A stretch of 64,000 bases of DNA from Candidatus Eiseniibacteriota bacterium (GCA_963707915.1 OY970178.1:1920001-1984000), one strand, 5' to 3'. Numbered from the stretch's first letter, positions 10,280 to 20,880 are shown. Notes: generated by a model from the letters alone, not told the origin. Numbers and translations: made by a program.

Positions 10280-10669
10280 CTACTCGTCGTCCTCGTCGTG
10301 CCCTGGCTTGCCGAAGAGGCCCTCGAGCTTCTTGCGCGCGTCGCTCGGGTGCGGCGCGTCCGGCGGGACGGGCCCGCCGAACAGGCTCTCGAGTCGGGCG
10401 CGAGCCTCGGCCTCGCGCCGGTTCTCGCCCGTGCCCGCCACGAACGAGCGGCGGTTGAACGAGAAGAACTCGCAGAAGTTGCGGCGCGCCTTGTCCTCGA
10501 CCAGCTCGGCCTCGGTCTCGCGGCAGGAGTTGTTGCGCGCGTCGTCGTGGTGCCGGCAGTTCATGCAGCAGCGCAGGTCCCGATGGCAGCCCTCGCACTC
10601 GCTGTCGCGCGGGATCGGCTCGTCGTACGGCACCGCCTTGCCGCAGGCCTGGCACTGGATCTGTGGCAT
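10280..10669 (-). CDS. Cys-rich hypothetical protein (probable metal-binding)
   Basis: CQAC...CEGC...CCMNC...C...NFCEFF; coding-like sequence; TTGACT-N18-CACGCT 6 nt before ATG. Confidence 0.75.
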   Translation of the reverse strand: MPQIQCQACGKAVPYDEPIPRDSECEGCHRDLRCCMNCRHHDDARNNSCRETEAELVEDKARRNFCEFFSFNRRSFVAGTGENRREAEARARLESLFGGPVPPDAPHPSDARKKLEGLFGKPGHDEDDE

Positions 10670-10799
10670 GACCCGAGCGTGCGCCCCGACGCAGGGGCGA
10701 GTCAAGAGTCCAGTGCGCGCGGTCCGGTGCGCGCCGCTGCCCGCGGCGTGCGAGCGGCGGGGCCGGCGCGAAGCGGAACCTGAGGTGCCGCCCCCGCCG

Positions 10800-11354
10800 C
10801 TACTTCCGCCCCGTGCCCGCCGACACGCGGCGCAGCGTGCCGGTGAGGTAGCGCGCGAGCGTGCCGCCCGGCGGGGCGGTGTCGAAGCCGACCTCGAGGG
10901 CGCCATCGGGCTTCGCCTCGTAGGTCAGGCGGAAGCGCGGCCCGCCCGGCGCTCCATCGCTGTCGAACGCCACGCGACCGGCGCCCTCGCCGAAGGAGAG
11001 GCGGTACTCGATGACGTGACCCTCGTTGTCGAAGTAGATGGCGCGGAAGGCGGAGTCTCGTTCCGGATACACCAGGAGCAGGTCCTGGTGCGAGAACGCC
11101 GCGCGCCCGGGTGTCGCCGGGTAGTCGGCGCGGTTGCGCCGCACCAGGATGCGGCCATCGAGGTCGAGCGCGAAGCTGCAGCTCCCGCCCCCGGCGCCGG
11201 GACCGCCCGCGCCCTCACCCGTCCATTCACCGAACAGGAAGCGCAGGCGCTCCCACCGATCGGCCTTCGCGGCGTCGGCGGCCGCGGCGGGCCGGGCGGG
11301 GATCGGAGCCACGAGAAGCGCGAGCGACAGGAACACCAGCGGGCGGAGTCTCAT
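10800..11354 (-). CDS. Secreted hypothetical beta-barrel protein (DUF1579/nitrobindin-like)
   Basis: Signal peptide MRLRPLVFLSLALL...AAA; LFGEWTGEG; YFDNEGHVI; GGAGG RBS. Confidence 0.65.
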   Translation of the reverse strand: MRLRPLVFLSLALLVAPIPARPAAAADAAKADRWERLRFLFGEWTGEGAGGPGAGGGSCSFALDLDGRILVRRNRADYPATPGRAAFSHQDLLLVYPERDSAFRAIYFDNEGHVIEYRLSFGEGAGRVAFDSDGAPGGPRFRLTYEAKPDGALEVGFDTAPPGGTLARYLTGTLRRVSAGTGRK

Positions 11355-11528
11355 GGCGGGCGACCTCCGAGATCGTGTCCGGCGCCCCGACCCGCCACCA
11401 GCGGGTGCCCGGGTGCCGGCTGCCGGCGATTCTGACCCATGGATGGGCGGGAGCGCCAGCCGGACGGCCCGGCAGGAACGGCACAGTGGGCACGCCGGCC
11501 GCATCGGTGCGGCCGGCGCGCTGGGGCT

Positions 11529-11837
11529 CTAGCGGTTCGACGCCGCCGCCCCGCCCACGACCTGGTAGATCTCGCGGCTGCCCGAGACGTACATCTCGGT
11601 GTAGCCCTTCATGCGGTCGCGGATGCCGGGCTTCTCCATGTGCTCCTTCATCCGACGGCCGTGCTCTTCGAGGCTCTCGACCTCGGTCTCCATGATGACC
11701 GTGTTGAACGGACCGACGAAGTCCGTCAGCACCCGCGTGTTCAGATGGTGCTCCTCGGCCACGACCTCGGCGAACAACCTGGCGAGCTTCGATGCCATGC
11801 CGGGCTTCGCGGTGAACGTCTCGCGGATGACGAACAT
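11529..11837 (-). CDS. NIPSNAP-like dimeric alpha/beta barrel protein
   Basis: MFVIRETFTAKPG...RVLTDFVGPFNTVIMETEVESL...GSREIY; GAGAGGAG RBS. Confidence 0.65.
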   Translation of the reverse strand: MFVIRETFTAKPGMASKLARLFAEVVAEEHHLNTRVLTDFVGPFNTVIMETEVESLEEHGRRMKEHMEKPGIRDRMKGYTEMYVSGSREIYQVVGGAAASNR

Positions 11838-12100
11838 GGGAACCACTCCTCTCTCGGTTGCGGCGGCACCTGCGTGGGCCGACCGCGACCGGTCCGGACT
11901 CGCGACCCTGCTTCCCCGGGCCCTGCTCCCGCGGCGGCCGCAGGAGCCCGTCAGCGATGTCCTTTCGGATGGTCCTGCGGGGCGAAAGGAGCGCGCGCGT
12001 TTCGCGGGCGTGCCGCTGGCACGACAGCTCCCCGGCCCGCGGCGCCGGCGCGGTTCCGGCCGGTTGCCGGGCCCGGGCGGCTGCACTAGCTTCAGCCGTC

Positions 12101-13111
12101 ATGGACCGACCTGAGCCGGAGTCCGCCGCGTCGCAGGAGCGGGAACGCTTCGCGCAGGCCGTGCGCGCGCTGCGCAAGTACCGCGGTCGCCTGGCGCGCA
12201 AGCTCGAGGCGCTGCAGAGCGACCTGGCCGAGGCCGAGCGCGCGCCCCAGTTCCGCCGCTTCGGCGAGACGCTTCTGACCTACATGCGCCAGGTCCCCAC
12301 GCGCGCCGCGAGCGTCGCGCTGCCCGACCCGCACGACCCCGCCGTCACGCACGAGATCCCGCTCGAGCCCGGGCTCAACGCGCAGGGCAACGCCGCGCGC
12401 TATTTCAAGCGCGCCGCCAAGGGCGAGCGCGGGCTCAAGCAGGTGCCGCCGCGGCTCGGCGCCGTCGAGGCCGAGCTGCACGCGCTCGAGGTGCTGATCG
12501 AGCGGGCGCGACCGCTGCTGGAGCTGGTGGCCGAGGGCGGGCACCCCGCGCCCGACCACGCGCTGGCGCACGCCCTGGAGACGACGCTGGCGCGGCTGCC
12601 CGAGACCGTGCGCGACAGCATCGGCGCGCCGGAGATCGCCAGGGCGCCGGGCGCCGCCGGCCCGCGCGGGCGCAACGCCGAGCCGCTGCCCGCCGCGGTC
12701 GCTGCCGGCGAGGAGCGCGCCCCGTCCGCGCGACTGCAGCCGCGGCGGCTCAAGACCGCCGAGGGCTGGGACGTGCTGATCGGACGCACCAGTGACGGCA
12801 ACGACTACCTGACCCACCGGCTGGCGCGGCCCGAGGATTACTGGTTCCACGTCGGCGGCGGGGTGAGCGGCTCGCACGTGGTGCTGCGGCGCGGCAAGGG
12901 CAAGAACGAGCCCTCGAAGCAGACCATCGAGGAGGTCGCGGCCTGGACCGCGTTCTACTCCCAGGCCCGCACCGCGGGCCGGGTGCCGGTCATCGTCACG
13001 CGCAAGAAGTACGTGCGGAAACCGCGCGGCGGGAAGGCGGGGCTGGCGCTGGTCGAGCGGGAGAAGAGCGTGATGGTGCGGCCGCGGGAGCCGGAGATGC
13101 CGCAAGGATAG
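12101..13111 (+). CDS. NFACT-R (DUF814) domain protein, RqcH/FbpA-like but lacking the NFACT-N region
   Basis: Coiled coil with NAARYFKRAAK, then IGR...NDYLT...DYWFHV...GSHVVLR...A.FYSQAR...KYVRKP. Confidence 0.8.
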   Translation: MDRPEPESAASQERERFAQAVRALRKYRGRLARKLEALQSDLAEAERAPQFRRFGETLLTYMRQVPTRAASVALPDPHDPAVTHEIPLEPGLNAQGNAARYFKRAAKGERGLKQVPPRLGAVEAELHALEVLIERARPLLELVAEGGHPAPDHALAHALETTLARLPETVRDSIGAPEIARAPGAAGPRGRNAEPLPAAVAAGEERAPSARLQPRRLKTAEGWDVLIGRTSDGNDYLTHRLARPEDYWFHVGGGVSGSHVVLRRGKGKNEPSKQTIEEVAAWTAFYSQARTAGRVPVIVTRKKYVRKPRGGKAGLALVEREKSVMVRPREPEMPQG

Positions 13112-13124
13112 GCCGCGCCCCGTC

Positions 13125-13161
13125 GACACGGCGGCCGCCCAGTGCAGGTGGCCGCCGTGTC
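13125..13161. terminator. Hairpin between convergent genes (putative bidirectional terminator)
   Basis: gacacggcggcc / ggccgccgtgtc perfect 12-bp inverted repeat; no clear U-tract. Confidence 0.5.
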
Positions 13162-13176
13162 TCGAGTCCATTCCCG

Positions 13177-16100
13177 CTACTTGATCACCGCGGCCTTTGC
13201 GGAAGCCGACTTGCCCGCCTGCGTGAGACGGATCACGTACACGCCCGGTGTCAATGGTCCGCCGGGTCGGACGTCCACCTGGTGCCAACCAACCCCGAGC
13301 GCGCCCACGTCACGCCTCAGCAACTGCCGTCCACCCACGTCGAAGAGCTCGAGCGTGGCCGCTGCAGGAGTCGGGAGCGCGAAGCGCACGATCAGCGCCC
13401 CACCCGGAGCCGGATTCGGCCGGACCCCTTCCAGGGAGAATACGAGGCTCGGGATCTCCACCCAGACCTCCTCCGTGAACGCCTCGCTCCCCTTCGACTG
13501 GAGGCCGATGCGATACGCGTAGCGGCTGCCGCTCTCGACCGATGCATCGCGGAGGTCGACGTAGCCCATTCCGTCGGGCCAGCGGTCCTCCAGCTTCGCC
13601 CACGCCTCCCCTTCCCGCATCCGATACACCGCGACCTGGTCCACGCCGCCGCTGACGAGCCAGCGTAGTCGCACCGCTCCGTCCACGACCCGGCTCTCGA
13701 CCAGCGATGCAAGCGTCGGAGTCGGCTCGTCGTCGCACAGCCCCCCGCTCGTGCACACGGTGCCCCGTCGCCAGTAGACGGCAGGCGAGCCGGCGCGCTC
13801 ATCGATCCAGGCGATGTCGAAGCGCCGACCCTCGCACGTGATACGCGGCGCGGTCGAAGTCCCGGTCGCGTTGGTCACACGCACCGGGGGTTCCCATCCG
13901 TTGCCATCGAAGATCCGGTGGTAGATCTCGCTGTTCCCGTCGCGCGTATCGGCCCACACCAGGTGCACGCGCCCCGCGTCGTCCGCGACGAGGTCCGGCG
14001 TCTCCGACGCCATCCCGTCCACCTCGCTCACCGGGATGGCCGGACTCCACGCCAGCCCGTCGAACAGGGTCCAGTAGATCTCGCGGTGCCCACTACGCAT
14101 GCCCGCCCAAGCCACGTGAACCCGGCCGGTAGCGTCCACGGTGACCTTCGGGTCCTGCGGCACGTCGAGGCTGGCCGAGAGGCTGCCTTCGCTGCCCCAC
14201 GTGCCTTCCCATCGGTCATAGGAGACGTATTCCGCCCCGACGGCCCCAGCAGCCCACACCGCGTACATGCGACTCCCCGCCCCCGTGGCGAGGTCCGGCC
14301 ATGAACGATAGGGTCCCTGCGACAGGTTCATCGGAGTCGTCCATGATCCCTCCCACTCCGATGACGCGATGGCGGCCTGCCCGGCGGCCGACTCCCACCA
14401 CACCATCTTGGCGCCGTAGATGCTTCCGACAACCCGCGGGGCTTCGGCCTCGCCGGTGAGTGAGCGAACTTCGTCCGCGGGCAGCCACGAACCGCCCCAA
14501 CCGCGACACCAGATCCGCGACACGCCAGAGCCGTCGGACTGGCTCCATGCCACCCGCGCCGTGTGGACCGGGCCGGCAACTGCCCACTCCGTCCCTGCCA
14601 CGACACTCGGGTTCGAGTTCCCGGTCCCGGTGGAGAGCGCGGCACCATCGGTCCATGACAGGCTGTCATCGGGATAGTTCCGGAACCCACGCAGGTACCG
14701 AACGACTCCGTCCTCGGCATCCGGGGCGCGGTCAGCCCAAACCACGTGCACGCCACGTTCATCGACGGCCAGGTCAGGGCTCGAGCAGACCCGCGACCCA
14801 CCCGCGACGCGCTGCTCCCGGCACCAGATGACCGTGTCGAGCGGCGCGCTGATCGTGAATGCTTGGTCGCTCAAGTCGTAGTTCGTCCCCGCCTCGTCGT
14901 GGGCCACCACCTTGAGGAAGCACTGGGAGCTCGGCGGCCCCGTCACGATCCAATCAAGCGAGGTCACGCCTGTCAGGCCCGAGGCGATGGTCTCGAATGG
15001 CCCCGCGGAACCCGCGCGCGACAGCAGCACGTCAGTCGTGCGCGACCCTACCCCGCCGGAGACGGACCACCGCAGGTACTCCGGCGAACCGACGACCAGG
15101 CGCTCACCTCCGTTCGGGTAGAGGACCTGAACGGCGGTTGAAGCGACATCATTCACGTGGATCGGAATACACACTCTGGGACCGTCGCACGACCCATCGT
15201 TGGGAATGAAGCATGCCTGGTAGTCGCCCTGCCCCGAGTAGCCCGGCGTCCAGCGGAAGGTCGTACCGTCGAACGTGGCCCCGAGCGGAAGCCCGTCCTG
15301 CCGAATGGCAACGGGGTCTCCATCGGGGTCCGCTGCGGCGACGTTGAAGCTCAGTGTCGCCCCCTCGTTGACGATCTGGGCAACGCCCGGGCCCGGACCC
15401 GTGATGTAGGGACATCGGTTTGGCCCGAATGTCCACGGCCCGTAATCCGCCGAAGCAGAGTTGCCCGCGTTGTCGTAGGCGACAACGTGGAGCGTGTGGG
15501 GCGTGTACCAGGCGCCCGCCGCGTTGATCGCTGAGGACCAGCTTGTCCCCGCGACACAGCCCGGCGCGCCGTTGTCCCACCACACGCAGTACCTGTTGAT
15601 GCCGCTGTGCGCGTCCCCGACAGTGAAGGAGACTCCCTGGTCCGATCGGTAGTAGCCCGGGGCCGGGCCGGAGAAGGAGATGGTCGGGGAAATCGGATCG
15701 TAGTACAGAGTGGCTGCGCGGATCTCCGTACTCCAGTGTCCAACGAGGTCCTTTGCCTGGACCTGCAGGGGATGGGCGCCCGCCGCAAGCGACCCTGCGG
15801 GGAAGTTGAGAGTCAGGCCCGCCCTGCCATCAAAGTCATCGAAGAATGTGCGCGGGTAGTACGTCCAGGCGTCGTTGTTCCAGCCACTCAGCAGCAGATT
15901 GAAGCCCACGCAACCGCTGCCATAGACGTCCGGGCCTACCGGGTTGACCTCGGCCGGATCCTGCCCACCGATCGCGAGACTGATGGCACCGTTTGTCCAC
16001 CCCGGTGGGTCGACGGTGACGAATCTGAAGGTCGGCGCCTGGTCATCCTTGCGCCAGTAGAAGAAGAGCACTGCGATGCTGTCCCCTCCTCCGCTGCCAT

Positions 16101-16563
16101 ACGCGACCGGGTCCACCCGCAATTGCTGTATCGTGCCAGTCCACCCGGGGATGTTGTCGAGTCTGACGGTGAGCCAGGAATCTCGTTCGGGGCGCGATGG
16201 GTTGGTGAAATTGACACTCTGGCCGGCAACGAAATCGGTCCCGGTCCTGAAGAACACCTGCCCACTGGTGTTCGTCCCATAGTTGTAGAACCCGAGCCGC
16301 ATGTAGTTGAAGTCGGACGCCGCGCAAGTGAGCGCGGGGCTCAACACCTGCGGGTCGTTCCCAGGGTTGATCACCCACTGGTTGACGATGGGACGCCACT
16401 TCGTCGCGTTCGCGAGGGTCCAGTTGTTCTCGAAGCCGCTGTGGTCCGTGAAGAGTGGGCTGTTGGGACACGCGGCGAACGCGGCGGAAGCGGCCACCTG
16501 GATGGCCACGACTATCGCAAGGAGCTGCCAAGAACGATTCCTCTGGTCGGGCCTGCCGTCCAT
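13177..16563 (-). CDS. Large secreted multidomain protein (CBM-like N-terminus, Ig-like domains, PNGGE domain, propeller-like repeats, FlgD/T9SS-like C-terminal domain)
   Basis: GGAGG RBS before ATG 16563; signal peptide; WTGTIQQLRVDP; VNEGATLSF...DPDGD...FRWTP; YPNGGE; repeated VHLVWAD/HVAW units; tail RPNP...LELFDVGGR...PGVYVIRL. Confidence 0.8.
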   Translation of the reverse strand: MDGRPDQRNRSWQLLAIVVAIQVAASAAFAACPNSPLFTDHSGFENNWTLANATKWRPIVNQWVINPGNDPQVLSPALTCAASDFNYMRLGFYNYGTNTSGQVFFRTGTDFVAGQSVNFTNPSRPERDSWLTVRLDNIPGWTGTIQQLRVDPVAYGSGGGDSIAVLFFYWRKDDQAPTFRFVTVDPPGWTNGAISLAIGGQDPAEVNPVGPDVYGSGCVGFNLLLSGWNNDAWTYYPRTFFDDFDGRAGLTLNFPAGSLAAGAHPLQVQAKDLVGHWSTEIRAATLYYDPISPTISFSGPAPGYYRSDQGVSFTVGDAHSGINRYCVWWDNGAPGCVAGTSWSSAINAAGAWYTPHTLHVVAYDNAGNSASADYGPWTFGPNRCPYITGPGPGVAQIVNEGATLSFNVAAADPDGDPVAIRQDGLPLGATFDGTTFRWTPGYSGQGDYQACFIPNDGSCDGPRVCIPIHVNDVASTAVQVLYPNGGERLVVGSPEYLRWSVSGGVGSRTTDVLLSRAGSAGPFETIASGLTGVTSLDWIVTGPPSSQCFLKVVAHDEAGTNYDLSDQAFTISAPLDTVIWCREQRVAGGSRVCSSPDLAVDERGVHVVWADRAPDAEDGVVRYLRGFRNYPDDSLSWTDGAALSTGTGNSNPSVVAGTEWAVAGPVHTARVAWSQSDGSGVSRIWCRGWGGSWLPADEVRSLTGEAEAPRVVGSIYGAKMVWWESAAGQAAIASSEWEGSWTTPMNLSQGPYRSWPDLATGAGSRMYAVWAAGAVGAEYVSYDRWEGTWGSEGSLSASLDVPQDPKVTVDATGRVHVAWAGMRSGHREIYWTLFDGLAWSPAIPVSEVDGMASETPDLVADDAGRVHLVWADTRDGNSEIYHRIFDGNGWEPPVRVTNATGTSTAPRITCEGRRFDIAWIDERAGSPAVYWRRGTVCTSGGLCDDEPTPTLASLVESRVVDGAVRLRWLVSGGVDQVAVYRMREGEAWAKLEDRWPDGMGYVDLRDASVESGSRYAYRIGLQSKGSEAFTEEVWVEIPSLVFSLEGVRPNPAPGGALIVRFALPTPAAATLELFDVGGRQLLRRDVGALGVGWHQVDVRPGGPLTPGVYVIRLTQAGKSASAKAAVIK

Positions 16564-16737
16564 GCAGCACCTCCGGGGTTGTCTTGCTTGCCAGTCGAAC
16601 TGCGGTCGTTCGCAGACAACGCACGGGACCCGGCCGTCAACGGCTGAGGATGCCGGACATGCCACCACAGGGGGCGTGGTGCTTGAACCGAGGGGACCCA
16701 TGGCTGCGGCCTCCGCCAATGTGGGCGATTCCTCAGC

Positions 16738-16765
16738 AGTCTATGCCGGCCGGCGGCGGAGTCAA
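16738..16765 (-). promoter_or_regulatory. Putative sigma70 promoter of the large secreted protein
   Basis: TTGACT-N16-TAGACT. Confidence 0.45.
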
Positions 16766-16969
16766 TAGGAATCGCCAGGGCGGGCAGATCGCGATGCTCC
16801 CTTCCCATGAGTGGCAATGATCCAAGGGGCCGGAGAACGCGCGACGTGACTACCCGGAGCCAGACTGCGCGAAGGGCACGGGAAGCCTACGAAGAACCGA
16901 GGACTTGAGCGCGTGTCGGTGGTAGCCTGGGCTGTCGTTAGTTGCCAACCGCCACGCGAAAGGCCCCTC

Positions 16970-17902
16970 GTGACCACGGCTGCGGACAGAGACGTTCTGA
17001 TTCGTCTGAACGCGTTCCGATTCCTGGACGAGCAACGACTGCTCTACGGCGGCGACATACCGTGGGCAGCACTTGACGGAGGATTCCGATTCCAGGGCGA
17101 GCGCGTGCCCCTGATCGGACCGCAGGGGATCTTCAAGCCCAAGGTCCTGTCGAGGCCAATCCCGATCAGCATCGCAACAACGCCGCCAAGGCCTGGCCGG
17201 CCAGCTCCTTACGAGGACCGGCAAGATCCGGATGGACTACTTCATTACAAGTATCGTGGCGAAGACCCGAGCCACTACCAGAATGAGGGGCTCCGCATCG
17301 CGATGCGCGAACAGATTCCCCTCATCTACTTCATCGGTATTGCGAAGGGCTGGTACTCGGCCGCCTACCCGGCGTACATCGTCAAGGACGACCCCGCCTC
17401 GCTCTCCGTGACCGTGGCGATAGACAACAAGGCGGCCGTCGGCGTCTTCTCCGATCGCGTCGCAGAGCAGGCAACAGACGTGCGGAGGGCCTATGCGACC
17501 CAGCTGACCCGCCGCAGGATCCATCAAGACCAGTTCCGCCACAGCGTACTCGTTGCCTATCGGGAGTCGTGCGCAATCTGCAACCTAGGGCATCGGCAAC
17601 TGCTCGAGGCCGCGCACATCATCCCGGATAGCGACCCTCGCGGGGAACCTGTCGTGAGGAACGGCCTGTCCCTCTGCAAGCTGCATCATGCTGCCTTCGA
17701 TAGCTACATGGTCGGCATCACGCCCGAGTTGGTCATTGAGGTCCAGCAGGCCGTAAGGAAGGAGAAGGACGGGCCAATGCTTGTCCACGGACTTCAGAAC
17801 TACCATGGGCAAAGGCTTTTGGTGGTCCCGAGGCAGGAGCAGAACAGGCCGGACAAGGAGTTCCTCGCTGAGAGGTATGAGCGCTTCAGGCAATTCGGGT
17901 AG
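16970..17902 (+). CDS. Putative restriction endonuclease: SRA/PUA-like N-terminal domain plus HNH nuclease
   Basis: C-terminal FR..VL.AY...CAIC...LEAAHII...NGLSLCKLHHAAFD; N-terminal GIFKP...PYED...YKYRG...N.GLR.AM...PLIYF. Confidence 0.8.
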   Translation: MTTAADRDVLIRLNAFRFLDEQRLLYGGDIPWAALDGGFRFQGERVPLIGPQGIFKPKVLSRPIPISIATTPPRPGRPAPYEDRQDPDGLLHYKYRGEDPSHYQNEGLRIAMREQIPLIYFIGIAKGWYSAAYPAYIVKDDPASLSVTVAIDNKAAVGVFSDRVAEQATDVRRAYATQLTRRRIHQDQFRHSVLVAYRESCAICNLGHRQLLEAAHIIPDSDPRGEPVVRNGLSLCKLHHAAFDSYMVGITPELVIEVQQAVRKEKDGPMLVHGLQNYHGQRLLVVPRQEQNRPDKEFLAERYERFRQFG

Positions 17903-17954
17903 GCGCAGTCCTACTCCTCTCCTCCTCCCGCCGCCGGCGCAACCAGACCCCCCC

Positions 17955-18785
17955 TCACATCCTCCCCAGATTCCACACGCCGCCGGCGTACACGCCGTGC
18001 GCCTGCGGGCCGGCGAGGGGCACGATGATGCCGGCGTCCAGCTCGAGCCAGGGCCTCGGCTGCAACGTCGGGCCGAGCAACAGGGCGACGGTGGGCGCGC
18101 CGCCGGCCGGGCCGCTCGTGCCGGGCAGGCCGAAGACTTCGGTCGCGGCGCCGAGCACGCCGACCAGCGGGTAGCCGAAGGACGCGGTCCACAGCGTGGC
18201 GTCGCGCGGCGTCACCGAGCCGTCGCCACCGCGACGCGTGTAGCCCGCGTTGATGTCCATCGCGACCGGGCCGAACTCGTGGCTCGAGATGAGCAGCAGC
18301 GACCCATCGGTGGTGCCCGTGCCCGTGCCGCGCGAGACGGCGCCAGTGGGCAACTTGAGCGTGGGCAGCACGGCGAAGTCGCCGAGCACCGCCGCGTGGT
18401 CGAAGAGGCGCCATTTCACGCCGGCGGAGAAATCGCCCACGCCCGAGCCCGCGGGATCGGTGGAGGTGAGCCGCGTCCACGGCGTGCTCAGCCCGAGTTG
18501 CACGTGACTCGCGAGCCCGATCTTCGTGAACACGGGCGCGCTCAACGCGCGTCCGCCGCCATCGAGCAGGTCGCCCTCGAGCCCGGCCTCGATCTCGATC
18601 CAGCCGGGCGCCACGGTGTGCGCGTGCGTCGCCACGGTGGGCCGCTCGGGCATCACGGCGTGCGGATCGCTGGCGCCTTCCTCCGCACGCGCGAGCGCAG
18701 GCGCGCCGACGGCGAGCGCGAGGAACAGCCCCGCGCGCGCCAGCCCGCGCCACTTCCGGCTGCCCGGCACGCGCAGTCCCGCCAT
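17955..18785 (-). CDS. Outer-membrane beta-barrel 'transporter' family protein (Phenol_MetA-deg-like)
   Basis: Signal peptide, PERPTVATHAHTV.PG..EIEAG, GVGDFSAGVKW, LKLPTG, alternating beta strands. Confidence 0.7.
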   Translation of the reverse strand: MAGLRVPGSRKWRGLARAGLFLALAVGAPALARAEEGASDPHAVMPERPTVATHAHTVAPGWIEIEAGLEGDLLDGGGRALSAPVFTKIGLASHVQLGLSTPWTRLTSTDPAGSGVGDFSAGVKWRLFDHAAVLGDFAVLPTLKLPTGAVSRGTGTGTTDGSLLLISSHEFGPVAMDINAGYTRRGGDGSVTPRDATLWTASFGYPLVGVLGAATEVFGLPGTSGPAGGAPTVALLLGPTLQPRPWLELDAGIIVPLAGPQAHGVYAGGVWNLGRM

Positions 18786-18789
18786 GCCC

Positions 18790-20700
18790 CTACCCCCTCG
18801 CCCCCTGCTTCCGCTCGTCCCCCGCGCGCACGGTCCAGCCGACGCGGTCGCAGTGCTCGAGCAGGGGCACGGCGTACTTGCGGCTTACGCCCGCCAACTC
18901 CTTGAACTCCGCCATCGTGAGCACCGCGCTCTTCGCGAAGTGCTCCGCCAGCTTCGCGCGCAGGACCTTCATCTGGTGCGCGGTGTAGATCAGCTCCTGG
19001 TTCACGCGCACCAGCCGCTCGAGGAACAGGCCGAGCGCCGCCACTTCCGACGCGGCACTGCCGAGCTTGCCCTGCCACTGCAGCGCGTCGGGCACGCTCA
19101 TCCCGTTGGCCTCGAGCTCGGCCTCCACCTTCTTGAGCGCCTCCATCGTAGCGGCGGGCGGCTCCCAGGGCGAGTCGGCGGGACGCACGCGCTGGCTGCG
19201 CACCTCGAGGCGGCCCTCCTCCTCCAGCGCATGGAACGCGGCGTCGAACAGCGTGGCCTCCATCGCCACCTTGAGTCCGCTCTTCAGTTCGCCCTTGGGG
19301 AAGCCGAAGCGCGCGGGAAACCGGTCGGCGTAGCCGCGCACCTCGCGCTCGATGTGCTCCAGCGCGGCGTGCCAGCGCTTGAGCGCCAGCCAGCGGTCGG
19401 CGAGCGGCATGGCGATCTCGTGTTCCTCGAGCAGGCGCGCGAGCGCGGCCTGGGTCACGGTCTGGCTCTCCCCCACCACCTGCGCGAGCCGCGCGGTCGG
19501 GACCGGCGTGGCCTCGGCCTCGACTCGTTGCAGCAGCCGGGCCTCGAGCGAACCGCTCTCGCGCACCTCGAGCGCGTCGAGCGCGCCGTGGCGGCGGCGC
19601 TTGGCGGCCACGGGCTCGATGACGCTGCCGCCACCGATGGTGTGCGAGGGCGAGTACTGGCGGATCACGAAGCGGTCGCCGCGCGCGGCCACGGTGGGGC
19701 GCTCGAGGCGCATCTGCGCCAGGGCACTCGCGCCGGGCGCCACGCTCTCGCCCTCGAGCAGCACCAGCCGGCCGATGATCTCGCTCGCGCCGAGGTGGAA
19801 GCGCACGCGGGTGTTGGCGGGCCATTCCTTCTCCAGGTCGGCGAGCGCCTCGAAGCGCACGTCGAGGATGCTCGAGGGCTTGAGCGTCCCGGCCGCCAGC
19901 AGCCAGTCGCCGCGCTCGACCTGCTCGCGCTCGACGCCGTGCAGCGCGACGGCGGTGCGCTGCCCGGCACGCGCCTCGTCCACCGTCCGCCCGTGCACCT
20001 GCACGCGCCGCACGCGCACCGGCAGGCCGCGCGGCTGCAGCTCGAGCGTGTCGCCGGTGCGAACGTGGCCGCGCCACAGCGTGCCGGTCACCACGGTGCC
20101 GAAGCCCTCGACGGTGAACACGCGGTCCACCGGCAGCCGCGCGGGCTCGGTGGCGGGCCGCAGCGGCAATCCGGCGAGCTGCGCGTCCACGGCGGCGAAC
20201 AGCTCGGGCGTGCCGGCGCCGGTCACGGCGGAGAACTCGACCACGGGCGAGGCGGCGAAGGGCGTGCCGGCGAGCAGCGCGGCGACGTCGCGCCGGATCT
20301 CCGCGACCCACTCGGCATCGACCAGGTCGCGCTTGGTGAGCACGACGACACCGCGCGTCACGCCGAGCAGCCGCACGATGGCGAGGTGCTCGCGGGTCTG
20401 GGGCATCACGCCCTCGTCGGCGGCGATGACCAGCAGCACCAGGTCCACGCCGCCCACGCCGGCGAGCATGTTCTTGACGAAGCGCTCGTGCCCGGGCACG
20501 TCCACGATGCCGAGGTGCACTCCACCGGGCGTGACCAGCGGCGCGAAGCCGAGGTCGATGGAGATGCCGCGCTTCTTCTCTTCGGGCAGCCGGTCGGTGT
20601 CCACACCGGTCAGCCGGCGCACCAGAGCCGTCTTGCCGTGGTCGATGTGGCCGGCGGTGCCGACGATGGCGAGGCGGGTGCCGGGGGCTTCGGGGGGCAT
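18790..20700 (-). CDS. selB: Selenocysteine-specific translation elongation factor
   Basis: [41 protein letters not shown]-terminal winged helix [13 protein letters not shown]. Confidence 0.96.
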   Translation of the reverse strand: MPPEAPGTRLAIVGTAGHIDHGKTALVRRLTGVDTDRLPEEKKRGISIDLGFAPLVTPGGVHLGIVDVPGHERFVKNMLAGVGGVDLVLLVIAADEGVMPQTREHLAIVRLLGVTRGVVVLTKRDLVDAEWVAEIRRDVAALLAGTPFAASPVVEFSAVTGAGTPELFAAVDAQLAGLPLRPATEPARLPVDRVFTVEGFGTVVTGTLWRGHVRTGDTLELQPRGLPVRVRRVQVHGRTVDEARAGQRTAVALHGVEREQVERGDWLLAAGTLKPSSILDVRFEALADLEKEWPANTRVRFHLGASEIIGRLVLLEGESVAPGASALAQMRLERPTVAARGDRFVIRQYSPSHTIGGGSVIEPVAAKRRRHGALDALEVRESGSLEARLLQRVEAEATPVPTARLAQVVGESQTVTQAALARLLEEHEIAMPLADRWLALKRWHAALEHIEREVRGYADRFPARFGFPKGELKSGLKVAMEATLFDAAFHALEEEGRLEVRSQRVRPADSPWEPPAATMEALKKVEAELEANGMSVPDALQWQGKLGSAASEVAALGLFLERLVRVNQELIYTAHQMKVLRAKLAEHFAKSAVLTMAEFKELAGVSRKYAVPLLEHCDRVGWTVRAGDERKQGARG

Positions 20701-20880
20701 GCGCGCAGTCTAGCGCACGGCGCGGGCTCCTGCCGCGCGACCGGGCGCCGCGGCACGCCCGTCCCGTCGGATCGGAAGACCGCTCACGCCACCGGGCCAC
20801 CCCGCGGCGCACGTTCGTCGTCCGCCGCGCCGCGTGCCGGCTGACGCCGCCGGGGCGCCCCCTACCCGGCGGCGCCCCCC

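Noticed and set aside
12016..12032. Sigma54 promoter upstream of the NFACT-R gene (TGGCACG)
   Set aside because: No TTGC/GC at the -12 position; a sigma70-type promoter fits better.
18700..20880. tRNA-Sec or other tRNA near selB
   Set aside because: No cloverleaf or T-loop signature recognised by eye; tRNAscan-SE would be decisive.
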